Shown piece by piece: positions 26,317 to 36,572 of a stretch of 64,000 bases of DNA (positions within the stretch are counted from its first letter, which is position 1; the number at the start of each line of letters is the position of its first letter). Source of the stretch: Candidatus Omnitrophota bacterium (GTDB lineage Bacteria; Omnitrophota; Gorgyraeia; Gorgyraeales; Gorgyraeaceae); NCBI GenBank assembly GCA_042570105.1, contig JBHPHW010000001.1:19932-83931 (forward strand). The letters are read 5' to 3'. The notes below the pieces were generated by a model, which saw nothing but the letters and a program-made list of their open reading frames with translations, was not told the DNA's origin and ran no database searches. The position numbers and the translations under genes were made by a program.

Positions 26317-27657
26317 ATGAGAGAGTCTCTCTATAAGAAAATTTGTCTTTTTTTTATACCTTGTTCATTCATTGTTTTTTTAAGTGTTTTTTTAGTCAGC
26401 TGTTCTTCTCAGGAAAAAGGTCCCGAGATAGAGACTATTACGATCTGGCACTGGATGAGTGATAGAGAAGATGCATTTTTGGAGCTTGCTAAAAAATATG
26501 AAGATGAAAAAGAGATAAGAATAAATTTTGAGCTTTACGCCCCCTCCGAGGCTTATACGCGAAAGATACGCGCAGCAGCCCAGACCAATACCTTACCTGA
26601 TATATTTGGGATCTTCGGAGAAAAAATAGACTTTGCAAGTTTTATAAAGGCAGGACATATTTATAACCTTACAGGCTATATGGATGAGGCTGAAGGCGAT
26701 TGGAGAAATAAGTTATTCAGTAAGGCCCTTGCACTCAATGAATTTAAAGTAGGGAATAGTTTTAATGTCGAGCCGGGGATATATGGAGCGCCGATAGATG
26801 TTACGAATATCCAGATGCTTTACAACAAGGATTTATTAAAAAATGTAGGTTGGACATCCCGCAGGCCTCCCGAGAGTTGGGGAGAATTTTTAGAAGTAAA
26901 CATGCTTCTTAAAGAAAAAGGTATTCAGGGCCTTGTGAGCGGTTGGGGAGAGACCTGGATGATAGATTGTTTTGCGTCTAACTACGCATTTAATATTATG
27001 GGTGAGGAAAAGGTGCTGGATACTATACGGGGAAGAGTCCCATATACGGATCCTGACTGGATAAGGGTCTTTGATCTATTTCGCCAGATGCGCGATGAAG
27101 GGGTTTTAGCAAGCGGTGTCGTGACGATGGTCAATAAGACCGCAGAGCAGCTTTTTTCAAATAATCGCGCGGCGTTTGCATTTAATGGATCATGGTGTGT
27201 AAATGTCTATCAGGGCATGAACCCTGATTTAAATTATGGGGCGATGATGCCTCCCAGGGTTTCAGATGATTTTCCAATGATGATCTGGGGAGGGGCAGGA
27301 TCTAGCTTTATGATAAATAAACGTTCTCCAAATAGAGAGAAGGCAATCGGATTTTTAAAATGGCTCACAGATACTGAGCAGCAAGTCTTTTTGGCCCAGG
27401 AAACACTAAACCTTCCTTCTAATAAAAATAGTTTGGGAAAGATATCGAATGTGCTCTCAGAGTTTGCAGATGATATGGATAATATTACGCATCGAAGCGC
27501 ATGGGAGGTAGCGGAATTTCCTATAGTGATAGAGACGTTTGATAAAGGGATTCAGTCTATCATAATAGGCGAAAAGACCCCGGAGGAGTTGGCGTCCGAG
27601 GTTCAGGCAATAAAAGAAAGGGAGCTAAGGAAGGTTCAGGGTAAAAGGACACTATGA
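26317..27657 (+). CDS. Sugar ABC transporter solute-binding lipoprotein
   Basis: Lipobox LVSC; ITIWHW, LPDIF, MLYNKDL, AFNGSW motifs of family-1 SBPs. Confidence 0.92.
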   Translation: MRESLYKKICLFFIPCSFIVFLSVFLVSCSSQEKGPEIETITIWHWMSDREDAFLELAKKYEDEKEIRINFELYAPSEAYTRKIRAAAQTNTLPDIFGIFGEKIDFASFIKAGHIYNLTGYMDEAEGDWRNKLFSKALALNEFKVGNSFNVEPGIYGAPIDVTNIQMLYNKDLLKNVGWTSRRPPESWGEFLEVNMLLKEKGIQGLVSGWGETWMIDCFASNYAFNIMGEEKVLDTIRGRVPYTDPDWIRVFDLFRQMRDEGVLASGVVTMVNKTAEQLFSNNRAAFAFNGSWCVNVYQGMNPDLNYGAMMPPRVSDDFPMMIWGGAGSSFMINKRSPNREKAIGFLKWLTDTEQQVFLAQETLNLPSNKNSLGKISNVLSEFADDMDNITHRSAWEVAEFPIVIETFDKGIQSIIIGEKTPEELASEVQAIKERELRKVQGKRTL

Positions 27658-28541
27658 GGACCAAATCCACTATTGAAAATTATCTTTTTATACTGCCCGC
27701 GGTATTGATATTTTCTATATTTTATATCTACCCTTTCTATAAAGTTTTTACACTTTCCCTGTGCCAATGGGATGGCATAATCTCTTTTAATTTTACCAAG
27801 CATTTTGTAGGCCTGAGAAATTTCAAGGAATTGATATTTGAGGACAAGGTTTGGTGGCAGGCAATGAGCCATGCCGGCTACATTACCCTCATTGCGCTCA
27901 CTTTTCAGAATGTCCTTGCGTTGGCATTGGCCTGGGCGTGCGATAGAGACATAAAAGGCGGTAATATTTACAGGGTGATATTTTATTTGCCTCCTGTCCT
28001 TTCTGCGGTAGTAGTAGGTCTAGTCTGGAGATGGATATATGACGGTAACTATGGGCTTTTAAATTACTGGCTTAATAATGTAGGGTTGTCTCATCTAGTA
28101 AGGGATTGGCTTTCAGACCCCAAGACTGCCTTGACATGCGTTGCGATAATACACTCGTGGAAGGGTTTTGGCTGGGGATTTATTATATTCCTGGCAGGAT
28201 TGCAGACCATACCTAGGCAGTTATATGAGGCTGCAAGAGTGGACGGGGCAAATTCATGGGAGATCTTTAAAAAATTAACCATACCTTTAATGATCCCTGT
28301 ATTTATATTAGTCTCGATCTTGACAATACTTGGCACGATGCAGGTCTTTGTTTTGATACTTTCCATGACAGGGGGCGGGCCCGGGTATCATACTGAGGTG
28401 CCTGTAACACGGATACTGACCTCTATGATAGGGTCTTCCAGGTTTGGGTATGCGTGTAGCCAGGGCATTATATTCGGGGCGATACTTTTAGTAGTATCAT
28501 TTATGCAGATCCGACTGTCAAAATATATGAATAAAGCGTGA
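27654..28541 (+). CDS. Carbohydrate ABC transporter permease (MalF/UgpA-like)
   Basis: FVGLRNF; EAA loop LYEAARVDGA; about 6 TM segments. Confidence 0.94.
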   Translation: MRTKSTIENYLFILPAVLIFSIFYIYPFYKVFTLSLCQWDGIISFNFTKHFVGLRNFKELIFEDKVWWQAMSHAGYITLIALTFQNVLALALAWACDRDIKGGNIYRVIFYLPPVLSAVVVGLVWRWIYDGNYGLLNYWLNNVGLSHLVRDWLSDPKTALTCVAIIHSWKGFGWGFIIFLAGLQTIPRQLYEAARVDGANSWEIFKKLTIPLMIPVFILVSILTILGTMQVFVLILSMTGGGPGYHTEVPVTRILTSMIGSSRFGYACSQGIIFGAILLVVSFMQIRLSKYMNKA

Positions 28542-29404
28542 ATAGAAGGACTAGCATGAGGGAAGGGACAAAATATAAAATAGAACGGTTTTTTAAGGAT
28601 TCATTGATACATGTATTTCTGATCAGTGTAGCGCTGACTTGTATCTTTCCTTTATTGTGGATGGTGGGTTCTGCGCTGAAGACACAAAAGACCGTATTTT
28701 CAGATATGAGCATAATCCCCGCTCATCCTGTCTGGAGCAATTTTTACCAGGCCTGGACAAAAGGCGGATTTGGTATGTATTTTCTCAACAGTGTGTTTTA
28801 CACTGTTTCGGTTGTTTTTGGGATAGTGATTGTCTCATCCCTGGCAGCCTTTGCATTTTCACGTCTGAAATTCCCTGGGAAAAATGTTCTCTTTTATATG
28901 TTTCTTGCGGCTATGATGATACCACTTCCCGGGAGCTTTGTCCCTCTTTATGTATTGATGACAAAGTTGCACCTTGTAAATACAAGGATAGGTTATATAT
29001 TGTGCATGATCAATGTGGGGCTTTCTTTTAGCATATATCTATTGAAGACATTTTTCGACAAGATGCCTCCTGCGCTTGAGGATGCTGCTCGTATAGATGG
29101 CTGTTCAAAGCTTGGCATCTGGTGGAATGTAGCGCTGCCTCTTGCCAGGCCCGCAATAGCAGTGATCGTGATATTTAATTCCTTGAATGTGTGGAATGAA
29201 TATATATTGGCAACACTGATTTTTTCATCCAAGTCTCTAATGCCTCTTCAGAGGGGCCTTATGATATTCCAGGGTACGCATATCACAAACTATCCTCTCT
29301 TGATGGCAGGCATTACAATAACAGTGCTTCCGATAATTTTAGTATATTTATTTATGCAGAAACATATTATTAAAGGCATAACAGCAGGGGTGACGGTTGG
29401 CTAA
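28538..29404 (+). CDS. Carbohydrate ABC transporter permease (MalG/UgpE-like)
   Basis: AAFAFSRLKFPG; LEDAARIDG; QKHIIKGITAG. Confidence 0.94.
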   Translation: MNRRTSMREGTKYKIERFFKDSLIHVFLISVALTCIFPLLWMVGSALKTQKTVFSDMSIIPAHPVWSNFYQAWTKGGFGMYFLNSVFYTVSVVFGIVIVSSLAAFAFSRLKFPGKNVLFYMFLAAMMIPLPGSFVPLYVLMTKLHLVNTRIGYILCMINVGLSFSIYLLKTFFDKMPPALEDAARIDGCSKLGIWWNVALPLARPAIAVIVIFNSLNVWNEYILATLIFSSKSLMPLQRGLMIFQGTHITNYPLLMAGITITVLPIILVYLFMQKHIIKGITAGVTVG

Positions 29405-31712
29405 TAGGACGTCTACAAAACCCGGACTTATTATAGGTTTAATATTACTTCTTTCGATGGCAGCTCTCTCGCGCTTTGGGCTATGTGAAACGGAAGAACT
29501 TTCTCCTAGTCAGATGTTGCTGCAGGCGTGGGATGCATGGGGCGCAAAGGACCATGAAAAGACTTTTTATTGGACGAATAAGTGCATAGAGTTGTATTCT
29601 GAAGAGGCTAAAAAGGAACAGGCATCTTTGACGGGTTTACCGAAGACTGAAGCGATACCCCAATATGAAGCCTTGAATTCAGTCGGGACAAGCTTTTTTA
29701 TTCAAGGGGAGGCGTGCCTTTCTAAAGGGAATAGAGAAGCAGCAAAAAAGGCCTTTACTATAGCCATAGAAGATTATAGTTTCGCTCAAAATTGGGATCC
29801 GCGTGGATGGTTCTGGAGCGTAAAAGAGAAGAGCGAAGCAAGCCTTGAAAAGCTTGAAGCGGAAAAAGAAGAACGAGTGAAAGAAAGGCCAAAAGTAATA
29901 AGACCAGCGACAAAGATATCACTTTATGATCCAGGGAAGGAGTATGTAGTTGATTACGGAAAATATGGATATTTTAAAGGAGCCGGGACTGATAAATATA
30001 GATATGTTGTAAAAGACCCGGAAGGGTTGGCTGAGGCAACAGGAGAAGGGATTTACCCAAACACATCTGGGGTTATCTGGGATCCTCGTTATCAAATAGT
30101 TAAAGAAAAAGGCAGGTTAGAAGGTAATCACTGGGATTTTGTAAATACGGATGATCTGGAAGCCAATTTTTATAAGTGGGCACAGGCGCCGGAAGCAAAG
30201 GGGGTGAAGCTTTTTTATACTGCCTTAGCCCTTGAACGTTCAGGCCTTATAAGGCATGCTATAAAGGCCTATTACGCCATAGTCGTGCATTTTCCTAAAT
30301 CAGTCGGCTGGACCTATTTTCACACGCCATGGTATATTGCTCAGGTAGCTATTGATAGGATTGATTATTTATTGAGGTATCATCCTGAACTAAATTTGGA
30401 ATTGAGGGGGGCTAAGGTATTTGTTGAAAATGGATTTGATAATAGCTTAACAAACGATAGATTTCTTGTAAATCCAGGGAGATTAGTTAGGATAAGTTTT
30501 TTTGAACGCATAAAAAGGAGTTTATTTAAGAATAGGCCAGTAAAAACAGGCAATGTAGTAAACGAGATAGGTGACGGAAGAGTGGATCTTGTAAAGTATA
30601 AGAATGGACACTGGCAGCTAAGGGTCGAAGGTAAGCCCTATATAATAAAAGGTATTGCTTATTCGCCGAGCAGGATAGGCGAGAGTCCTGATGAAGGCAC
30701 TTTAAAAGACTGGATGCAGGCAGATTATAATAATAATGGAAGGATAGACAGCGCTTATGACAGCTGGGTAGATAAAAATTACAACGATATACAGGATCCG
30801 GATGAAGAGGCTATAGGGGATTTTGAATTATTAAAAAGGATGCACTGTAACACCATGCGTCTTTATCATCATGCCTCAAATAAAGAACTTCTCAATGATC
30901 TATATGAGGAGTTCGGGATCATGGTGATCATGGGAGATCTATTGGGCGCATATACTGTAGGGTCTGGGGCAGACTGGTATGAAGGCACAGACTATGGAAA
31001 TCCTGAACATAGAAAAAACATGATGGAAAGCGTCCGGGGAATGGTAGAAGAGTTTAAGGATGAACCATATGTATTATTCTGGATGCTTGGGAATGAGAAT
31101 AATTATGGAGTCGCGAATAACTCAAAAGAGAACCCGGATTTATATTATGAGTTTGTCAATGAAGTCAGTAAGATGATAAAGTCTTTGGATCGAGACCATC
31201 CTGTTGCAGTATGCAGCGGTGATTTATTATTTCTGGATAAATTTGCTAAGCTTGCTCCGGATGTTGACATCTATGGTTCAAATGTATACAGGGGGAAATA
31301 CGGTTTTGGTAAAAGCTTCTGGGAAAATGTAAGGGATGTGAGTGACAAGCCTATCATGATCACAGAATATGGATGCCCGGCTTATATGTACGGCCGCTCA
31401 AGGACAGTCATAGAGGAAAGACAGGCCGAGTATCTGAGGGTTAACTGGGAGGAGATTGTTTATAATTCAGCAGGCCATAGGGGCGTTGGCAATTCAATAG
31501 GAGGTATACTTTTTGAATGGATAGATGAATGGTGGAAGTCATACGAACCATTGCTACACGATACAGCGAGTAATTGGGCGGGGCCGTTTCCTGATGGTTG
31601 GAATTATGAGGAATGGCTTGGGATAGTTGGGCAGGGTGATGGGGAGAGTAGTCCATTTTTGAGGCAGCTCAGAAAGGCATATTTTGTGTATCAGGAAATA
31701 TGGGAAGAATGA
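29397..31712 (+). CDS. Secreted TPR-like + GH2-like (clan GH-A) TIM-barrel glycoside hydrolase
   Basis: Signal peptide; helical N-terminus; KGIAYSP, NTMRLY, WMLGNENN (acid/base), MITEYG (nucleophile), FEWIDEWWK. Confidence 0.82.
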   Translation: MANRTSTKPGLIIGLILLLSMAALSRFGLCETEELSPSQMLLQAWDAWGAKDHEKTFYWTNKCIELYSEEAKKEQASLTGLPKTEAIPQYEALNSVGTSFFIQGEACLSKGNREAAKKAFTIAIEDYSFAQNWDPRGWFWSVKEKSEASLEKLEAEKEERVKERPKVIRPATKISLYDPGKEYVVDYGKYGYFKGAGTDKYRYVVKDPEGLAEATGEGIYPNTSGVIWDPRYQIVKEKGRLEGNHWDFVNTDDLEANFYKWAQAPEAKGVKLFYTALALERSGLIRHAIKAYYAIVVHFPKSVGWTYFHTPWYIAQVAIDRIDYLLRYHPELNLELRGAKVFVENGFDNSLTNDRFLVNPGRLVRISFFERIKRSLFKNRPVKTGNVVNEIGDGRVDLVKYKNGHWQLRVEGKPYIIKGIAYSPSRIGESPDEGTLKDWMQADYNNNGRIDSAYDSWVDKNYNDIQDPDEEAIGDFELLKRMHCNTMRLYHHASNKELLNDLYEEFGIMVIMGDLLGAYTVGSGADWYEGTDYGNPEHRKNMMESVRGMVEEFKDEPYVLFWMLGNENNYGVANNSKENPDLYYEFVNEVSKMIKSLDRDHPVAVCSGDLLFLDKFAKLAPDVDIYGSNVYRGKYGFGKSFWENVRDVSDKPIMITEYGCPAYMYGRSRTVIEERQAEYLRVNWEEIVYNSAGHRGVGNSIGGILFEWIDEWWKSYEPLLHDTASNWAGPFPDGWNYEEWLGIVGQGDGESSPFLRQLRKAYFVYQEIWEE

Positions 31713-31761
31713 AAAGGAGGGGGTGATGGCGATATAGTTGAATAACGTAAAAGTTTAAAGG

Positions 31762-31859
31762 CAAAAGGTCTTTATAAGGTTGGCAGATTTCAATCTGCCT
31801 TTTATGAAAGACCTTTGTGACAAATAAGTAGGACAGACTTTAGTCTGTCAAAGACTAAA
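31762..31859 (+). promoter_or_regulatory. Structured intergenic leader (long hairpin plus alternative small hairpins)
   Basis: aaaggtcttt(31764-73)/aaagaccttt(31807-16) enclose ggcagat/atctgcc; gacagac/gtctgtc at 31832-49. Confidence 0.55.
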
Positions 31860-31887
31860 AAATAAAAAAAAGGAGGGAAAAGAAGTC

Positions 31888-32586
31888 ATGAGGAAGAGTT
31901 TAAGCTTTACATTTCTTATAATAATAGGAGTGGTGTTATTTAGTATAGCAAGCTGCGGCGGTTCTAGTGAAAGGCAGTTGGCAGATACTGATTCTGAGGA
32001 TGCGAGAGAATACGCTCAAGTAGAGGAAGAGCTATACGATACCCACGAGGAAGAAGAAGTTGTAAATAATTTTAAAACATTTCCGATTTACACTGATGCT
32101 AGATCTCCAGACAATCATTATATTGCTTCAGGATATATGGGGGATTCCGCTGATGTAAGTGTTGAAATGGCATCATTTGAGGAACCTCACTCTGGAACAA
32201 CTTGCATAAAGACAGTTTATGCGAATGCCATAAGTCAAGGTGCAAGATGGAGTGGAGTCTACTGGCAGAATCCAGCGAATAATTGGGGAGAGAGAGAGGG
32301 TGGTTTCGACCTTACAGGAGCGAGTAAGCTTACATTCTGGGTAAGGGGAGAAAAAGGCGGCGAAAGGATAGAAGAATTTAAAATGGGTGGATTGGCTGGC
32401 TTATATCCAGATTCGGATATAGCAGGTATAGGGCCTGTGCTTTTAACTAGCGAGTGGAAACAATACGAAATAGATTTAAGAGGCAAGGACCTGAGTTATA
32501 TCAGTGGTGGATTTGCCTGGGCAACTAATATAGATGTTAATCCAGATGGGGTTACTTTTTATCTGGACGATATAAGGTACGAATAA
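31888..32586 (+). CDS. Lipoprotein with a carbohydrate-binding (galactose-binding/CBM-like) domain
   Basis: Lipobox IASC; acidic linker; beta-sandwich motifs GYMGD, YWQNPANNWG, DLTGASKLTFWVRG, FYLDDIRYE. Confidence 0.7.
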   Translation: MRKSLSFTFLIIIGVVLFSIASCGGSSERQLADTDSEDAREYAQVEEELYDTHEEEEVVNNFKTFPIYTDARSPDNHYIASGYMGDSADVSVEMASFEEPHSGTTCIKTVYANAISQGARWSGVYWQNPANNWGEREGGFDLTGASKLTFWVRGEKGGERIEEFKMGGLAGLYPDSDIAGIGPVLLTSEWKQYEIDLRGKDLSYISGGFAWATNIDVNPDGVTFYLDDIRYE

Positions 32587-32624
32587 ACTAGAAGTCTCTC
32601 TATAACTATCGGGAATGAGACGAT

Positions 32625-33830
32625 ATGAAGAAGATATTGATAGCTGTAGTTTGCCTTATGCTATTAGCGGGTTTTCTGTCTTTTTTTATATATAAGATTA
32701 GTTCAAAAAAGGTTTATATAAAAAAACTGGATCGTAAACGCTTTCAGTTAATAGTGGATAATAAGCCATATATAATCAAAGGTGTTGTATATAGTCCTGT
32801 GCCTATAGGGAAAGATCATGCGTATGATTTTTGGAGCGATACTTTAAGGCCGCACCTTTATGACGGGAAGCTTATGAAGGAGGCGGGAGTAAATACTATA
32901 AGGGTTTATCAGCCGGGGAAGGACTCTTTAAAGACGAAAAAGGTGATGCGAGAACTTTATGACAAATTTGGCATTCGAACAGGTATGGGCCACTGGCTTG
33001 GTTTTTGGGATAGTCCGAATTATGCAGATCCAGATTTCCGGGAAAGTGTAAAAAAAGATGTAGCGGAGATGATAAGGACATATAAGGATGAAAGAGGAGT
33101 GTTATTCTGGATACTTGGGAATGAGAACAATGTTTCTTTTTTTCGGGGGTCTCAGACGCTAAACTTCTGGACTACAAAAGAGATAGAAGATCTGGAAGAT
33201 CCATATTTAAAGAGAAAGGCAAGGGCTAAGATCTATTATTCATTTGTAAATGAAGTCAGTAAAATGGTTCACAAGATAGACCCTGATCGTCCTGTGGTAT
33301 TGGCGAACGCAGGGTTTGACGATATAGATGTAGCTAGTAAGGTTGCTCCAGATGTTGATATACTTGGTTGTTCGGTATACAAAGGCAAGACCTTTGGAAG
33401 TTTTTTTCGTGAGGTTAATAGGCTATTTAAAAGACCTGTCTTCATAACCGAATTTGGCTGTGATAGATATGACGCATTTTTAGGTAAGGAGGCCCAAGAA
33501 GTCCAAGCAGAATTTATCGGGGCGCAATGGAAGGAGATAGAGAAAAATACATTCAATGGCAATGGGGTTGGAAACAGTTTGGGCGGTTTTGTATTTGAAT
33601 GGACAGACGAATGGTGGAAGCTTAATCAGGACAATGAGGCCGGTTGGTATGTTCATGACACACAGGCAAGCTGGTCTAATGGCGCGTACTATTTTGACAT
33701 AAAGGCGCCTCAAAATTTTAACATAAATGAGGAATGGTGGGGGATATGTTCGCTGGAAAGAAAAGGAGACAAACTTGACGAACGTAGGCCCACCAAGGCA
33801 TACTTTACTCTAAAGGAGCTATGGAAGTAG
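32625..33830 (+). CDS. GH2-like (clan GH-A) TIM-barrel glycoside hydrolase
   Basis: KGVVYSP, NTIRVY, WILGNENN, FITEFG, FEWTDEWWK; paralog of the C-terminal part of 29397..31712. Confidence 0.85.
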   Translation: MKKILIAVVCLMLLAGFLSFFIYKISSKKVYIKKLDRKRFQLIVDNKPYIIKGVVYSPVPIGKDHAYDFWSDTLRPHLYDGKLMKEAGVNTIRVYQPGKDSLKTKKVMRELYDKFGIRTGMGHWLGFWDSPNYADPDFRESVKKDVAEMIRTYKDERGVLFWILGNENNVSFFRGSQTLNFWTTKEIEDLEDPYLKRKARAKIYYSFVNEVSKMVHKIDPDRPVVLANAGFDDIDVASKVAPDVDILGCSVYKGKTFGSFFREVNRLFKRPVFITEFGCDRYDAFLGKEAQEVQAEFIGAQWKEIEKNTFNGNGVGNSLGGFVFEWTDEWWKLNQDNEAGWYVHDTQASWSNGAYYFDIKAPQNFNINEEWWGICSLERKGDKLDERRPTKAYFTLKELWK

Positions 33831-33831
33831 G

Positions 33832-36555
33832 ATGGGAAAGATAGCAAGGCCCTATAAGATTATAATACTAGTGAGCGCTACTTTGGTACTCTTCTGTGTC
33901 CACGGGGCCTCATACTCTTATGCCCAAGAGCAAAATATCATTGAAAGTTTTGGATTCTATAGTAGAGGCATAGAGTATTATTATGCCGGAAGACTTGAAG
34001 AGGCAAAGGAGGTACTGGAGAGATCCTTGAGGCTTGATCCGAGAAACGATGAGGCATTGGGCTATTTGGATTTGATCAATGCAGAGATTAGGATGGGCGC
34101 AGAAAGAAGATTAGAATACGAGTATGAGGTAGAAGAAGAGCCAGAATATTATTATGAAGAAGTCGATTATGAGCTAGAAGATCTAGATGCCGAATATAGA
34201 TACTTTGGGTCTGGTAAGGAGTACCCGGAAGAACCGCGACCCAGCGAGGATAAAATAAAGGCCATATCCGATGCGCTAAATGATGCGCTTTATCCCAGCC
34301 AGATAAGCGGTGAGTATAAAATGGCCTTTGGGATTACAGCTGAAGATATGATCTGGAAAAGGGCAAATGGCGACTACAATGAACGTAATTTCAGGATGAT
34401 AAACAATGATTTTCCCAAGACAAACACGTTTGACGCAAGGGTGTATGATAGATTTAGAGTAGAATTTGATACAAATAAGGATGAAGAAGGTTTAAATTTC
34501 CACTCTAATATTACTGTAGACCCCTGGAGCTTTGTAGGCAAGACAGAAAAGTTTACAGTTGCCAGTAATGCAGCTCCAGCTGACACGATCGAGTTAGAAC
34601 TAAAGTATTGGTCCGGCACAAGAAGGACTATTAACGAGACCTTTTTTACGCTGGGTCTGGGTAATTCACTTGATACCTCAGAGCTTAAGGTCACAGATGG
34701 CAAAATACCAGCATTTACAGCTTCAAGTATGCAGGCTGAGACTGGGATAAACGCATTTGCAATACCCGAACAAGATGTAGACTTTACATTCCAGCCTGTC
34801 AGGGAGTTGTGGTTTGATTATAATAAGGATGATTACAACTTAAAGGTGTTTCCTCTTGGATTAGAAGACCAGGCCCTTTCTTCGGATGATCCAATGGGTC
34901 TCTCAAATCATCACATTTATTGGCAGCCGAGCCCCTGGCTTGACGACTGGATACCAGGGGAGGTGATAGAAGGAGAAAACCCTGATCAGTTCTGGCGGGG
35001 TCAATGGTCAGATGATCTATCATTTTTTACAAGGGACAGTGATCTGAAAAGACTTACTGCATTAAGAGGTGTTTCTTTTGAGGGAAATTTTTTCGATAAT
35101 ACTGACCTTTCAATGACTGTCGCAAGTCCCAAAGGACTATGGCAGGATTATGAAAGCGTTACTGCCATTCCGGGTGCTGTAAGGACAAAGACTCAATTAA
35201 CCGATCAATTAATGATAGGCACGATAGATACATTTAGAATAGGATATAATGACGGCAAAACAGATTCTTATAATTATACATCAGGTCTTGATATAAGTTA
35301 TGATCTGAGCGACGCTACGAATATAGCCGGAGAAGTTGCTATAAGTAAGAGTGAAGACGATAGAAACAGTGCTTATGAGACGGAGAAAAAGGGGACAGCA
35401 GGGCATATTGCTCTTAAGAAGGAAACGGCTTTAGGAGATGCAAGAATTGCCTATACACATATGGATGAAGGATTTGATCCGGGGCTTGCGGATTACAGGG
35501 AGACAAGAAGGGATACATTTTGGGGGAGGCATATTCACTTTAAGAAGCCGCTTGAGGCAAAAAGCTCTGGAGCGGTTAAATATGAAGATATCGAACCTTT
35601 TAGAATAGGTGATGGAGTAGATGTAGGCAGAAAGGCGATTAACTTTAGGCTCGATACAAAAGATGCCTTTACCAAGAAGATGGATAACCTAATAGATTAT
35701 AGATACGTGAGAGACAGTAATCATAAGTACGTAGAAGGTGTTTTTAGAGAAGAGAATACCTTTAGATTTACCCCGGATTGGACTTCGAAATTTTTATTCA
35801 TAAATCACGACCTTCCGAAGACCAAAGGGGCCATAGATCCTATAGCATATGATACAGATACAGGAGAATTTTTTAATAATGCCGATATTGAGGACGGTAA
35901 GGATCCATCTGTTTCTACATATTCTATAGGCCTGGAATATGCCCCAGAAGACTGGATAAGCCTTTTCGGGATATACGAAAATACAAACGATTTTACCTTT
36001 GCCACGGGGACTCACCCCAATGGCCTTTTGAACAATTTTAATTTTAATACCGAGACTATAGAAGGAAAAGTGTATAGGGAAAGGTGGCCCCAGTTATATG
36101 GCCAGGATTTTTTTGACCTGCCACCGTACGAACGTTTTAATATATACAGGACAGGCGTTTCCCTAAGACCAACAAAAGATCTCGGTATAGACCTTGACTA
36201 TACCAAGAATGACTTTAAATTTGCGCAAAGTATAGACAATAATATGAATCACTTTGGCGCAACCCTAAGCTATAATTTCACTCCTAGATTGACAGGATTT
36301 TTAAAATATACATTTTCAAAGGCATATAATCTATATCGCTTGAATACAAGCGGCGATTTAAATTATGAAGACCACCACAATGTATTTATGGAGCTGGATT
36401 ATAATGTCACAGAATTTGGACTTTTGACGATACAGTTTGGAGAGGGAAACGTTGTATCACCTGTGTGGGGTGCTACTGCGAGTCCTTTTGGGGATTTTTA
36501 TCCTACGCTTGACACGCAGCACATACTACGTGTTTATTACCAGGGGATATTTTAA
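33832..36555 (+). CDS. TPR-containing putative outer-membrane beta-barrel protein
   Basis: Signal peptide; TPR (GIEYYYAGRLEEAKEVLERSLRLDPRN); amphipathic beta strands; C-terminal YYQGIF beta-signal. Confidence 0.68.
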   Translation: MGKIARPYKIIILVSATLVLFCVHGASYSYAQEQNIIESFGFYSRGIEYYYAGRLEEAKEVLERSLRLDPRNDEALGYLDLINAEIRMGAERRLEYEYEVEEEPEYYYEEVDYELEDLDAEYRYFGSGKEYPEEPRPSEDKIKAISDALNDALYPSQISGEYKMAFGITAEDMIWKRANGDYNERNFRMINNDFPKTNTFDARVYDRFRVEFDTNKDEEGLNFHSNITVDPWSFVGKTEKFTVASNAAPADTIELELKYWSGTRRTINETFFTLGLGNSLDTSELKVTDGKIPAFTASSMQAETGINAFAIPEQDVDFTFQPVRELWFDYNKDDYNLKVFPLGLEDQALSSDDPMGLSNHHIYWQPSPWLDDWIPGEVIEGENPDQFWRGQWSDDLSFFTRDSDLKRLTALRGVSFEGNFFDNTDLSMTVASPKGLWQDYESVTAIPGAVRTKTQLTDQLMIGTIDTFRIGYNDGKTDSYNYTSGLDISYDLSDATNIAGEVAISKSEDDRNSAYETEKKGTAGHIALKKETALGDARIAYTHMDEGFDPGLADYRETRRDTFWGRHIHFKKPLEAKSSGAVKYEDIEPFRIGDGVDVGRKAINFRLDTKDAFTKKMDNLIDYRYVRDSNHKYVEGVFREENTFRFTPDWTSKFLFINHDLPKTKGAIDPIAYDTDTGEFFNNADIEDGKDPSVSTYSIGLEYAPEDWISLFGIYENTNDFTFATGTHPNGLLNNFNFNTETIEGKVYRERWPQLYGQDFFDLPPYERFNIYRTGVSLRPTKDLGIDLDYTKNDFKFAQSIDNNMNHFGATLSYNFTPRLTGFLKYTFSKAYNLYRLNTSGDLNYEDHHNVFMELDYNVTEFGLLTIQFGEGNVVSPVWGATASPFGDFYPTLDTQHILRVYYQGIF

Positions 36556-36572
36556 AAAAAAGGAGGGCAACC

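Noticed and set aside
31755-31820. c-di-GMP-I (GEMM) riboswitch, suggested by GGCAAA and the nearby PilZ gene
   Set aside because: It lacks the GNRA-capped P1/P2 arrangement and the second conserved GCAAA-type segment, so it is kept only as an unclassified hairpin.
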